64,000 nt of DNA from an uncultured Acidimicrobiia bacterium (GCA_963786955.1 CAWBAT010000009.1:1-64000), one strand, 5' to 3'. Counted from the first letter of the stretch, positions 51,801 through 61,243 are shown. The notes: generated from the letters alone by a model not told the origin. Translations and numbers: made by a program.

Positions 51801-52698
51801 GAACCTTCAAACCTTGAAAGATCTGCAACAACGCCTCGAATCAGCCGAGAAATCGCTGGTCACTTATCGAGAGAAGAGTCGAATAGACCGCTTAAGCGAA
51901 GCGCTCAATCGAACTGAAGACCTGGTTGCGGAGCTGGAATCCCTCTCACGTCGAATTCAGGAAATGCAACAAACTTCACCCGGACAGACGATAACAGCCC
52001 CAAAGGTTTCCATAAATAAAGGAGAGAAGACACCGGAAACCTTATCTTATTCTGGTGAAGGGCAATCGAAACCAAGGGAACCCGTTGAAGAACTTTCAAT
52101 GTCACAAAGCCCTGGAGAAGGGAAATTTAGCCCAACGACTCCCTCCCAGTCTCAGGGCGAGAATTCTGTGAATCCGAACGGACAACCTGGAAAGCATACG
52201 AGGCCGGACAGGCATGAAACGCGAGCATCCACAGTAGAATCTCGAGTCAATGAAACAGGAGAAAGAGAATACCAACCTTACAGAAACAAACCTACTGGTG
52301 ATGCCGCTCTAGATTTTGGGGGCATCCAACTCCTTCCGCCGTTCCCGCGCGGCGATGACAGGCTCAAGCAAATGGCACGAGAATGGGCCATACGAATCCA
52401 GGAAGCCCAGGATTTGTCCAAACATTTGCAGGGGGAAGACGAACTTGCGCACCAACTTAGAAACATGATTGACCGCCTGCACCAAATGGGAAACCTGAAA
52501 TTTCCATCGAATGCAAAGGAATTGGACAAACTCAATTCGAGCGTCATCGACGGTTTACATGAAATCGAGCTGCATCTGAGCAGGGATCTTCAAACGTTGC
52601 TCATGAAAGATAGCTTTCGATTCTCTAAAGACGATGATGTTCCCCTCCCGTACCGAATCTCCGTGGAAGAATATTACAAGGCGCTATCCAAGAAATAA
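48874..52698 (+). CDS. Large membrane-anchored coiled-coil protein (DUF4175-like)
   Basis: Three TMs, LKDRLVS, Ig-like middle (DQPP, DDFGI, LEPGD), Q/E-rich coils and C-terminal YR..VEEYYKAL. Confidence 0.85.
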   Translation: MERLRFSSLGKQGLAPGQTLGYSRILREIDVVRRKLKLIQATRGLALFLGISLPFWALTVITVDHWNYTRNILTFSRIAFLLILFVLFTYFLLRPWFEQITRQKVARYIEERHPELKDRLVSVVEIGGNGARGDFSNPFFPLLLRDALESCQKIEARSLFSRNALWLPASVAGLLIFGFAATLSFGPNYLRHATLRLYMPWWLENAPPLYSIHVSPGTVELPKGSELLVTASLIGLDRSEAFLFSRHENTPDWEKRRMEPEKASNAFRFLFLDLNEDLRYYVRSGTLQSEEFSITTLEQPRVKQIDVTYHYPAYTGLPVRTEEDAGEIAGIRGTHVTLSIHLGRDLSGGSILMQDGTRLPLAKNGSHHLEGSFQLLKDSSCRIQWLDPSRNFLTASNEYPIKVLDDQPPLVSFQKPGRDKKVTQLEEVVTEVKAADDFGIRSLALHFSVNGGKENVVPLFGDNSFSTHGPADPEEESPIDHSKAWPSPGIKPSRSMAATHTFFLEEFKLEPGDLISYFATASDVRSLTTSDIYFLEIRPFGKQYSQHQVSQGSEADASAADTVLSIRQKEILAATWRLIRDRKTFREDEYQSNLKLVTAQQYKLQQQTQTLSERIQRRALTIRDKDIQKLSENLIKAIASMSPAEGFLSAGKPAEAVSPEQVSLQYLLRAEAYYKQVQVAYGKISGPQAENLGAQELENLFELELDKLKNQFETQRPRGSNFNKKELDEALHKLQELAQRQQQLLEHKKRQLGPQTTDSAHNTSSDLQAIEQEAEKLARQLERLSREMQDPALDRASQQMRQATQDLRTSEGPSPRQGSENRGLQALSRMNEVQQLLDRKLNGSLKQEVEHLRNSAQNLSGRQEHVQQALDSLERQSTAMAPDSSFSERNKPGEPLSQEKQQILREKHELAQSAVRMEQELRDAARKAANEQKALSQKLQAAAKFLRESRLEENVRQSGRLISSNLFRMAQQAEKQNLQTLKDLQQRLESAEKSLVTYREKSRIDRLSEALNRTEDLVAELESLSRRIQEMQQTSPGQTITAPKVSINKGEKTPETLSYSGEGQSKPREPVEELSMSQSPGEGKFSPTTPSQSQGENSVNPNGQPGKHTRPDRHETRASTVESRVNETGEREYQPYRNKPTGDAALDFGGIQLLPPFPRGDDRLKQMAREWAIRIQEAQDLSKHLQGEDELAHQLRNMIDRLHQMGNLKFPSNAKELDKLNSSVIDGLHEIELHLSRDLQTLLMKDSFRFSKDDDVPLPYRISVEEYYKALSKK

Positions 52699-52965
52699 AT
52701 TCTCCGCCTGACTCTACTGTATCCATAATCGTAAGTCGAAGACCATACACCTTAAGTCCGGCCGATGCCGCCACACTTCATCCTTTTGGAGTATCTCGCA
52801 TCACAGGTTCCATTTGTCACAGTCGGAAAACACTCGTGTGATTTGCAACTTTTCTCGCCAGAAGTGGTTCCGACCTGAATTCACACTTGAAATCCAATTG
52901 AGGCTGGGGAACCGTTGAGGACTTCTGCTTGAAAATCTCCGACTGTTCCCATGCCACTAAAGTGG

Positions 52966-53013
52966 TTGACAGGGGAGAAGAATTGTCATACTGTCTAACA
53001 ATATTTTGTTAGA
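52966..53013 (+). promoter_or_regulatory. Candidate sigma70 promoter with overlapping palindromic operator
   Basis: TTGACA (52966)-17 nt-TACTGT, and the TCTAACAA-TATT-TTGTTAGA palindrome at 52994-53013. Confidence 0.55.
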
Positions 53014-53034
53014 TGTATTACTGGAATAAATAAT

Positions 53035-54669
53035 ATGAACACTGATAGTTTCGAAACTACTCCCCGTTGGAGAATCAAATCCAAGCAGGGCCGCGGCGCA
53101 GAGGGAAACCAGGGTCTCGTTCTCACTACTATTTCGTCTGCGGTAGCGGATGATCGCGATATTTCCGAAGATTTAGAAATGCAGGACTTGCCTTTGTCGG
53201 TAACGGATGACCCTGAATTCACAGGTGAGGAGCCGCCTGCAACCGCTTTTGAGGGCGAAGCTTCTGAGAATACTGTGACCGCAGTCGATTCTCTCGCGCA
53301 GTACCTGCGGGAAATGGGAACCGTTCCACTTTTGAATCGTCAAACTGAAGTTGCCCTGTTTCGCAAGTTTGATCTCCTTCGCACCTGTCAGACCCGGATC
53401 TTAGGCCGCCTTCCCTTCGCATCGAAGCAGTTCTTGGGGATTGCTGCTGAATTCGCCTCTGAACACGACTTTGATTTTTTTGATACTGTCGAAAAGGCAG
53501 AGCCCGAGCATTTTTCAAAAACACAAATAAAGCTGTTACAGAAATTCACGAAGAAATTTCATTTTCAAGCAGCAGAAATCACGACTCGCGCAAGCAGGAT
53601 TTCGGGCAAAAAGAATAGCCGGAATGGATGCCGGACCATCCGGAAAGATTTTCGCCGCTATCAACAATCCTATGTCCGTCTTGGGCAACTCTGGGTTACC
53701 TTTCGCCCCAGTGAAAGAATCCAGGTTATGATTCTTGAGCGCATCGATCGAATTGCCCAAGAGCTCCGGAGCCTCCATGCCGCCATTGAAAAAAATCGCA
53801 AGAAGGCCCTACTCAGCCAAAATGGCAACTGCCGCCGACTGCGTCTGGAGAAGTGGCACCTTCAAAAGGAATGGCGGAAGAAAGAAGCTGAGCTCGGAGT
53901 GGCCCCGGCTCTCTTTATTCAATATGTGAAAAGATGTCAGGAGGTTACTCGGAAAAAGGAGCAGTGTCGAGACGCCATTATTCAAGCGAATCTGCGTTTG
54001 GTCGTTTCGATCGCTAAGAAATATTACCACTCTCATCTGACCTTTCTGGACCTGATTCAAGAAGGAAATTTAGGGCTGATGCGTGCGGCAGAAAAGTTTG
54101 ACTATCGGCGCGGCATTAAATTCTCTACTTATTCGACGTGGTGGATCCGGCAGTCTATTATGCGTTCGATATTGACCCAAGGACGTACCGTTCGGGTCCC
54201 GGAGCACCTCTCGATGACCGCCCAGAAATTGTCTAAAGCAAAGAAAAACCTGATCGAAAAACTCAGGCGGGAACCGTTCGTCGAAGAAATTGCCAATTCC
54301 ATCAATCTATCGATACCCAAAGCCGTAGCTGCCATTCGATCATCTCAGGAGATGCTTTCGCTCGACTCTTTGAGCGGCCCCCTGGAACTTCAAAAATTGA
54401 GCCAGATTCCCGATTCCAGAGCCTTGAGCCCTGCTGAGTTAACTATCCTCTCTGATCTTGAAGATAAGTGTTCGATGCTTCTTCAAAACCTTACAGAACG
54501 GGAAAGAGAGATCCTCAAGCTGCGCTTTGGGTTTTGCGAGGATGGTGAACAGACCTTGGAGGAAGTGGGAAACAAATTCAGACTGACCCGGGAGCGAATC
54601 CGTCAAATTGAAAAAGAAGCGCTGGCGAAGCTAAGAAATATGGCCCTCCGTTTCCGGAGAACGGCTTGA
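53035..54669 (+). CDS. RpoD-like sigma70 factor (regions 1.2-4, no recognisable 1.1)
   Basis: [63 protein letters not shown]. Confidence 0.92.
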   Translation: MNTDSFETTPRWRIKSKQGRGAEGNQGLVLTTISSAVADDRDISEDLEMQDLPLSVTDDPEFTGEEPPATAFEGEASENTVTAVDSLAQYLREMGTVPLLNRQTEVALFRKFDLLRTCQTRILGRLPFASKQFLGIAAEFASEHDFDFFDTVEKAEPEHFSKTQIKLLQKFTKKFHFQAAEITTRASRISGKKNSRNGCRTIRKDFRRYQQSYVRLGQLWVTFRPSERIQVMILERIDRIAQELRSLHAAIEKNRKKALLSQNGNCRRLRLEKWHLQKEWRKKEAELGVAPALFIQYVKRCQEVTRKKEQCRDAIIQANLRLVVSIAKKYYHSHLTFLDLIQEGNLGLMRAAEKFDYRRGIKFSTYSTWWIRQSIMRSILTQGRTVRVPEHLSMTAQKLSKAKKNLIEKLRREPFVEEIANSINLSIPKAVAAIRSSQEMLSLDSLSGPLELQKLSQIPDSRALSPAELTILSDLEDKCSMLLQNLTEREREILKLRFGFCEDGEQTLEEVGNKFRLTRERIRQIEKEALAKLRNMALRFRRTA

Positions 54670-54781
54670 GGTGTTAGAATGATGAGTACAGACCGGCGCC
54701 GAGAGAACTTGAGCAAGCTGGACAACTCTCCGGCCATCCTGTGATTCGCCGTTTAAGGCAGAATCTGAAGGGAGCGTTACA

Positions 54782-55162
54782 ATGACGAGTCTTCCCGTAG
54801 AAATCAATAATCCCGAAATGCCCCTTTACTCGATTGGCGTCGTGGCTGAACTTCTCAAGGTCACCGATCAGACCCTGCGCGTTTACGAAAAGAACGGCGT
54901 CATCAAACCCACTCGCCGAAATCGGGATCGCTATTATTCAGCCAATGACATTGTCTGGCTGAAGTGCATCCGCCGGTTCATGAAGGTGGAAGGAATTAAT
55001 TTGAAAGGGATTGGGAAGTTGATGAAATTCGTCCCGTGTTTTGATATCAGCCCTTGTAATGATTGTTGTGAGTGTACGGCCTACCTGAAGCGAGGAGTGG
55101 CAGGCCAAGGGCCTACTGGAAAACCCAATATTCTGGTGAAACGGCGAAAATCAACTTCTTAA
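54782..55162 (+). CDS. MerR-family (HspR-like HTH) regulator with Cys-rich tail
   Basis: YSIGVVAELL..QTLRVYEKNG, GINLKGI, then CFDISPCNDCCEC. Confidence 0.9.
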   Translation: MTSLPVEINNPEMPLYSIGVVAELLKVTDQTLRVYEKNGVIKPTRRNRDRYYSANDIVWLKCIRRFMKVEGINLKGIGKLMKFVPCFDISPCNDCCECTAYLKRGVAGQGPTGKPNILVKRRKSTS

Positions 55163-55180
55163 ACTGAGCTTTGTCTTCAC

Positions 55181-55888
55181 TTATCTCTCAATCGTGAGAT
55201 CAAATTCACCTATCCGTTTGATCTCCCTCGAAGGATTTCCATCCATCTTGATCTTGTACTCACCCGCACTTAGCGCCTCGCGAGTCAATACAAACGTGAC
55301 CAAATTTTCACCATATAGTGTCTTGGGCGGAACTGAAATGGTCTGAATCCAGACCAAATTCTTTTCCTGTGTAATACTCACCTGCAGTTCCTCAAAGTGG
55401 AACGGGGTAAGGTCAAAGGCCAAGACGGATTCTTCCTTATTCCTGAAATCGATGTGGATCAAGTCAGGCAGGCCTGATTTTTTGTGTTCTAAGGAAAGGA
55501 TGGGGGAGATCAAAAGCCCAAGACCTGCTACCGGGTGCTCCCCGACCCGCCCTTGTCCCTGCAACCCCACTCGATAAAGGTCAGTTTCGAGCTTTGAAAT
55601 TAGGGATTTTGACAGAGATAACGACTGATTTGAGCTCCCAAGCTCTTCCCTCAAGCGTTGAATCTTTCTTCCGGAATTGAACCCCTGATACGCCGGGTAG
55701 ACTAAGAAAGCGGCCAACAGTATGGCTCCCAAAGACACCCATGGGGAAATGACCATCCCCTGGATTAAGGTCATTCTATCGCTTTTTGCTTTATTGGCCT
55801 TTACGTTGTCTACCTTCTCAGGCTGTAAATCCGAAGGTCTTGATTGATTATTCTCCAAATTTTGCTCTTCAGTGGATTCTGTCTCCAT
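55181..55888 (-). CDS. Hypothetical single-TM protein with coiled coil and C-terminal beta-domain
   Basis: 235-aa ORF with one hydrophobic segment. Confidence 0.7.
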   Translation of the reverse strand: METESTEEQNLENNQSRPSDLQPEKVDNVKANKAKSDRMTLIQGMVISPWVSLGAILLAAFLVYPAYQGFNSGRKIQRLREELGSSNQSLSLSKSLISKLETDLYRVGLQGQGRVGEHPVAGLGLLISPILSLEHKKSGLPDLIHIDFRNKEESVLAFDLTPFHFEELQVSITQEKNLVWIQTISVPPKTLYGENLVTFVLTREALSAGEYKIKMDGNPSREIKRIGEFDLTIER

Positions 55889-56104
55889 ATTCTACTCTCA
55901 GAGAATTGCTCCTCGCAAAGATCGTCATATGTATAAGATTCTCGGAAATTCCGGCCTTTTACAATGCAGCCATCCCGTAGAAACTGGTTCAAAGTAAGTA
56001 ACCATTTGCCAATAAATGGAAATATCATTCACCACAATTATCTCAGGTCGGATGGGCAAGCCACTAGCCTGTTGAAAAACAACCATTTAGCACAAGCGAG
56101 ATAT

Positions 56105-56120
56105 CGGCATGATTCTTGCT
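56105..56120 (+). promoter_or_regulatory. Candidate sigma54 (-24/-12) promoter
   Basis: CGGCATGATTCTTGCT matches YGGCAY-N5-TTGCW with exact spacing. Confidence 0.55.
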
Positions 56121-56176
56121 TGTGCTTAATTGTTAATTAGTTGTCCCCTCAGTGCTTTCCGTGGAGAACCGAAAGA

Positions 56177-56362
56177 ATGATTTGCATCAATGAAGCCAGA
56201 CTTCTATTACTTCTTGGATGCCTACTTGTGATCGTGAGCTTGTCTCTGAGGCGAACTTTAGCAAGTCCCTCTCAACAGAAGCCTCTTAAGATTACACGAT
56301 TGGCTCGGCATGGTTTGGAATCCATAGGTCTTGATTCCAATGCCAAATTGGGCCATCGATGA
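56177..56362 (+). CDS. Possible small membrane protein
   Basis: GGAG upstream, hydrophobic LLLLLGCLLVIVSL, and a stop overlapping the next ATG (ATGA). Confidence 0.3.
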   Translation: MICINEARLLLLLGCLLVIVSLSLRRTLASPSQQKPLKITRLARHGLESIGLDSNAKLGHR

Positions 56363-56628
56363 AAAGGTACCCAAGTTTTTCGCGCAGATATTTTGAGCAG
56401 AGCTTTCCTAGCCTTCAGAAGCTCACTGACCTTCGCGGAGAACCCCCGTCCGTGCTTCTCACCTTGGATGAAGGATACCGAATTGAGCTCCGTGAATACC
56501 AGTTACGTCCATCGGGCTTACAGATTGAAGGGCCGTCAGGGCCTTATCTGATTCCCTTCCACAATATCCAAAGCATTCAGGTCGTCCCCAAGAAGAAAAC
56601 ACCGAAGAAATCGCCATCCCACAATTAG
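56359..56628 (+). CDS. Small hypothetical protein (possible Sm/SH3-like beta-barrel)
   Basis: 89-aa ORF with VLLTLDEGYRIE and LIPFHNIQSIQV. Confidence 0.6.
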   Translation: MKRYPSFSRRYFEQSFPSLQKLTDLRGEPPSVLLTLDEGYRIELREYQLRPSGLQIEGPSGPYLIPFHNIQSIQVVPKKKTPKKSPSHN

Positions 56629-56656
56629 GGTCTGCCTTAGGCACAGGAAATCCAGA

Positions 56657-57471
56657 TTAACGGCGGCACTTGACGATATACCCTGTCCCACAGTCCTTCC
56701 TGAGCCATGGCATTTGAAGTTGCAGCAATGGCCACCAAACCCCTTCAGATAACAAGAGTCTTGGAAGCCTTGAGAACCGACGTGTCCCACTACGGTAGGT
56801 GCCCAAAAAATCAGTCATCAAGGAATTTGACCTCTTTTCAGCTCCACCTGAACTGCTCACTGAGACTTCGGGTGGGGGGGAGGAGAGGTTGCTTCCTTGA
56901 ATTTCTTCGCATCCCTGCTCAACTGAAAACGCGAGGAAAGCGGATAGGTCCAGTTAAGAAGGGGGAAACCATAACACCAAAGTTCCTGCACGCTCAGTCC
57001 TATTTTCCAGAGCTTCTCCAATAATTCAGCCTTCTCATAGCGCCTGGCATGGCCCGCGCGTTTGTCATTTTCAGTCCATTGTTTCATATGAGCTGGCACG
57101 GAAAATACCAAATCCCCCCCTGGCTTAAGCAGTTTTCTCCATTGCCAAAGACACGCAAAATCCTGCTGGTAGTGTTCCAAGACCTCAAAAGCAACAACCA
57201 GATCGAATTGTTCTGTGATGTGGAAAAAGTCAAGCGATCGAAATTCAATCGTACCTTGAGGCGGTAAACGAGTAGCTTGATGCTCCGCAATCAGTTCTGG
57301 ATTGAGATCCAGAACTAATCCATGAAACCCCCGTCTCATGAGATCGACATAAAATTGGCCGCTGCCCACCCCAATCTCCAAAAAACTCCCTGGATGGACG
57401 TCTTTGACAAGCTGCCGGGCTAACCAGCGCCGGTAAAGGTAAGCTAAGGTGGGATTGCCAAACCGATTCAA
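56657..57471 (-). CDS. Class I SAM-dependent methyltransferase (frameshift at G7 tract 56874-56880)
   Basis: LEIGVGSG, FEVLEH, LKPGG, GHARRY. The tail continues in ORF 56657..56860. Confidence 0.85.
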
Positions 57472-57475
57472 GTTT

Positions 57476-58291
57476 TCACTCTTTTCTCAAGATTAAGATC
57501 CATACGGGTAGTAACGGGCCTAGCAATTTCAAAAGCCAAGAAGGTAGCCAACTGATGAGTTTAGCCTGACGCAGCAATTGGGGATCACTTTCCAAGAACC
57601 TTTCCGGATTCTTAAGAATCGTCACCGTGACATCTTTTAAGGCAAAGGGACGCGCCAGATCCCTAAGCTTCCCATAGCTCGGCATGTTATCCAGGTAGGT
57701 TTCTCCTCGGCGCGCCAAACGGACATATCGATCTGCCACCGGGCGTGGAATCCAAGATAGAAAAGGCAAGCGGTAGTGTGGCTCCATAATTGAAAATCGA
57801 TTAGGGCAGGCCAGGTAACAGACCCCGTTTTGGCGCAAAACTCTCCACACTTCTTTCATCAACAGCTGCGGAGATGCGACGTGCTCGATCGTGTGATTCA
57901 AGAGAACCACGTCAAACAGGCCCGTGGCCAAGGGCAATTGGCAGGCATCCGCTTGTATGAATTTCAGCAATTCCGAGGCCTTCCAGCCTTCATTATTAAG
58001 ATCCATCCCGACCACAAAATGAAAGACTTGTGCCATTTGATAAGTTATCTGACCCTGACTGCATCCTATATCCAGAAGCAAAGCATGTTCGCATTGCACG
58101 CCTTCCTCGCGCAGGACCGCAATGATCTTCGCCGCCTTGGCCGATCGAGTCGCCAAATACTGCTCGCGAAAGCTGAATCGGTCCAGGAATCGCTCGTCAT
58201 TGACCATAAGATGTTTAAGCCCTTTGCGACTGCTCTGTGCCTTGTTGACCACGAGTGGAGTAGCAACCTTTGTGGGTCCTCCCAACAGCAC
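57476..58291 (-). CDS. Class I SAM-dependent methyltransferase
   Basis: LDIGCSQG, ADACQLP, NHTIEHV, RVLRQNG, EPHY. Confidence 0.9.
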   Translation of the reverse strand: MLLGGPTKVATPLVVNKAQSSRKGLKHLMVNDERFLDRFSFREQYLATRSAKAAKIIAVLREEGVQCEHALLLDIGCSQGQITYQMAQVFHFVVGMDLNNEGWKASELLKFIQADACQLPLATGLFDVVLLNHTIEHVASPQLLMKEVWRVLRQNGVCYLACPNRFSIMEPHYRLPFLSWIPRPVADRYVRLARRGETYLDNMPSYGKLRDLARPFALKDVTVTILKNPERFLESDPQLLRQAKLISWLPSWLLKLLGPLLPVWILILRKE

Positions 58292-59433
58292 TATTTTGGA
58301 GAAGCCGCCAATTCTTCAATGGTGCCGGTCAACTTGAGCCAACTATCTCTGGATTGCATTTCCTGAATGGCCAAAACCATTTCAGGTTCCCGGCTGCTTT
58401 GATAAAAATTTGTAACTGCCTGGGCGATCGCTTCAGAACTTCGAGGGGGGATGAGGTACCCTGTCCTTCCATCTTCTACAGCTTCCGGAAGACCGCCCAC
58501 ATTTCCGACGACTACCGGTTTGTCAAATGCAAAAGCTAGCTGCACAACGCCACTCTGCGTGGCCGACACATAGGGAATCACCACGAGATCCGCCGCATCA
58601 AAAAAAACTGAAACTTCTTCGTTCGGAACATATTGGTTGAAAAATGAGACATGGCTATCAATCCCAAGACCCCGAATCAATTCCGTATAAGGAGTTGGAT
58701 CGCCCCAGACTTCACCCGCAATCACAAGGTGGACCGGAAGCTCCCTTAAAAGCAATGGGATACTGCGAAGTAAATACTTGAGCCCTTTATATTCCCGAAT
58801 AAAACCAAAGAATAACAAGACTCTTTCTTCCTTTATCCCGAGTCGGGCACGAGCCTCTTCTTTATTGAGCCGTCCCACCGAAAAAGGTAGGTAGAGCGGA
58901 TGGATACACGCTTTGACTTGGGTTTCCCGAAATTTCCCGAGCCAGGACAACAGATTATTTCGATCCCATTCAGAGTGGGTCAGGTACATGTCCCCGTGGC
59001 TTAAGGCGAGTTTGGAAATCGCTGATTTGAAAAAAGAAGGTTCGTGCTCAAAGACGTTGTGGCAAATAAACAGGACTCTGATATTCTTGAAACGTCTCAA
59101 CCCCAGAAGAAACGTTGCGTAGAATGGAGACCAGTAGACCGCAGACCACGGGAGTATGACCAAATCAGGCCGATTCTGTCCCACTAGTTCAGAGATCTTC
59201 CACCATTGCCGAAAGCTGAGGGCATCAAACCGGCGATCAATTTGTTCTTCGATCAGTGAGACTGCGCTTGGATCACGATCTGTAGCTCCAGGATAGAGCC
59301 AGGAAGGATACTGCCGGGAATACGAGACAAACTGCACTTGATGCCGGGTACGAAGCTTTCGTACCAGGAGCGTGGTGTAATGGGAAATCCCGCCACGGAA
59401 AGGGTGAGTAGGACCTATAACCGAAAACTTCAT
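58291..59433 (-). CDS. Glycosyltransferase family 4
   Basis: PFRGGISHY, FFGFIREYKG, PYVSATQSGV, GGLPE. Confidence 0.93.
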   Translation of the reverse strand: MKFSVIGPTHPFRGGISHYTTLLVRKLRTRHQVQFVSYSRQYPSWLYPGATDRDPSAVSLIEEQIDRRFDALSFRQWWKISELVGQNRPDLVILPWSAVYWSPFYATFLLGLRRFKNIRVLFICHNVFEHEPSFFKSAISKLALSHGDMYLTHSEWDRNNLLSWLGKFRETQVKACIHPLYLPFSVGRLNKEEARARLGIKEERVLLFFGFIREYKGLKYLLRSIPLLLRELPVHLVIAGEVWGDPTPYTELIRGLGIDSHVSFFNQYVPNEEVSVFFDAADLVVIPYVSATQSGVVQLAFAFDKPVVVGNVGGLPEAVEDGRTGYLIPPRSSEAIAQAVTNFYQSSREPEMVLAIQEMQSRDSWLKLTGTIEELAASPK

Positions 59434-60440
59434 TACCGCCGATTCTGAACTGACTGGGCTGTTTCTTGGGGTCTGTCGCGTTCAACTTCCTGTTTCCGAA
59501 TTCCATCGATCTCGATCTTGCGCAAACGATAAAGGATATCTTCAGAAAGCCTTCGATTGGCGCCAATCAAATCTGCTACAAGGCCGATCACCATGGTCTG
59601 AAACCCTACGAGCATCAAAATAGCCGCCAGGATCAGGGACTGAATATGTCCCGAAGCCGTAGCCACGATGTAAAAATACAGGTATCGCCCCCCCAAAAGA
59701 AAACCGAGACCAAAGATCGTCCCCCCAATTAACAAGAATACCCGTAAAGGGTTGATCATGGAATAGATTCGCAACAAGGTTGCAGTCGATTTTTTCAAAT
59801 AAACCCAAGTGGACCCAGCCAGGCGAGATTCCCGCAATTTTTCATTGACCCGAATCGGGACTTGCTCGACCGACAGCGGACCGGCCCCGGCATGAACGAG
59901 TGTTTCCAGAGTATAAGAAAACTTCGAATGGACGATCGTGCGTAAGGCAGCTTCCCGGTTAAATGCGCGGAATCCGCTTGTCGTGTCGCGGATCAGAATA
60001 CCCGAAGCTCTACCAACCACCCAACTCCCGATTCGTTGCAGCAATTTCTTAACTGAAGAGAAATGTTTAATCGTTCCAATATCACGAGTACCCACGACGA
60101 GGTCCGCTTTACCTTCCAGAATCGGCCCAACCAACTTCGGAATATCCGCACCACAATACTGATTGTCGGCATCCGTGTTAACGATCAAGTCGGCACCCAG
60201 TTTCAAGCAGGCATCCAAGCCAGTCTGAAATGCAAAGGCTAATCCTTGGTTTTTACTGAATTCGATGATGTGATCGACCCCATACTGTCTGGCGATCTCT
60301 AGCGTAGCATCGGTGGAGCCGTCGTTGATAATCAAGACATCAATCTTGTCGATACCGGGAAGATTCTTAGGCAAATCGGCGAGTGTAGCGGGAAGCGTCG
60401 CCTCTTCGTTAAAACAGGGAATTTGGATAATCAACTTCAT
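59433..60440 (-). CDS. Glycosyltransferase family 2 (DPM1/GtrB-like, two C-terminal TMs)
   Basis: IPCFNEE, DGSTD, TDADNQY, DTTSGFRAF. Confidence 0.93.
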   Translation of the reverse strand: MKLIIQIPCFNEEATLPATLADLPKNLPGIDKIDVLIINDGSTDATLEIARQYGVDHIIEFSKNQGLAFAFQTGLDACLKLGADLIVNTDADNQYCGADIPKLVGPILEGKADLVVGTRDIGTIKHFSSVKKLLQRIGSWVVGRASGILIRDTTSGFRAFNREAALRTIVHSKFSYTLETLVHAGAGPLSVEQVPIRVNEKLRESRLAGSTWVYLKKSTATLLRIYSMINPLRVFLLIGGTIFGLGFLLGGRYLYFYIVATASGHIQSLILAAILMLVGFQTMVIGLVADLIGANRRLSEDILYRLRKIEIDGIRKQEVERDRPQETAQSVQNRR

Positions 60441-60461
60441 CGGAGCTCCTGCTCATCTGGC

Positions 60462-61223
60462 TCAGGGCGTCCGAGCGATGAGCTCAATGACGGCAACCCC
60501 CACCGGGAGCGCCACTGTAGCGAGGACAGGAAGTCGTCTTGGATCATTGCTGAACCAAAGCACGATGTTTCTCTCGGCCGATGAGGAGTCCACTGGTCTG
60601 ATGCGGATTTCCGTTCGATGGCTGTTGAAACTGCCCAGCTTCGTCGTGATCAACTCCAGGGAGACGACTCGTGCCTCCAGCTGGAATGTCCGCCCCCCAT
60701 CCATCACAGGGAATGAAAGCATCATCCCCGGCTTGAGAGCAATCGTGCGCATGGCATAGAGCGCAGAAACGGGATCTTGCGTGCCCGTTTCAATCGCGAT
60801 TTTTTGGGAGTTCTTTTTGGATTTCGTCAGAACCGCATACCGGTTTACCTGGTCAAAATCCAGTTTTTCATCGACAACGCGGGTCTTCTCGGTGAAGTTC
60901 TTCTGAAAGGAGCGAGGCGCCCAAAGTCTCGTATCAAATACCGAAACAAATTCATCTTTGAAATCATACACCCCTGCCAGGGACTGATTTGTCATGGCCT
61001 TCAATACTAACCGCAAACTATCCTTTCTCGTGGAATCCTCGTTACTGACAGTGAGGTCGGCTTTACCGGCTTCGATTACATTCGACCAGGAGATTCGAAA
61101 GGAAAGTTTTTCACCCGATGAGAAGGGGCTATTATCCGAGGGACTCTGGGATCGAAGCGACGGAGAAAACAAGAGGCAGACCAGAGCCAGGGGGAATATT
61201 ATGCAGATCTTCGCTGCCGACAT
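60462..61223 (-). CDS. DUF3108 domain exported protein
   Basis: Signal peptide, PFSSGEKL, QDPVSALY, WFSNDPRRLPV. Confidence 0.85.
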   Translation of the reverse strand: MSAAKICIIFPLALVCLLFSPSLRSQSPSDNSPFSSGEKLSFRISWSNVIEAGKADLTVSNEDSTRKDSLRLVLKAMTNQSLAGVYDFKDEFVSVFDTRLWAPRSFQKNFTEKTRVVDEKLDFDQVNRYAVLTKSKKNSQKIAIETGTQDPVSALYAMRTIALKPGMMLSFPVMDGGRTFQLEARVVSLELITTKLGSFNSHRTEIRIRPVDSSSAERNIVLWFSNDPRRLPVLATVALPVGVAVIELIARTP

Positions 61224-61243
61224 TTTCTTCGTATCCCTCGGTC

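Noticed and set aside
53035-54669. Gene symbol rpoD
   Set aside because: Region 1.1 is not recognisable, region 3 is divergent and there is no dnaG context, so it is probably not the primary sigma.
54704-54730. HspR HAIR operator upstream of the MerR gene
   Set aside because: Only the left half (CTTGAG) matches, and the right half is not ACTCAAG at the required spacing.
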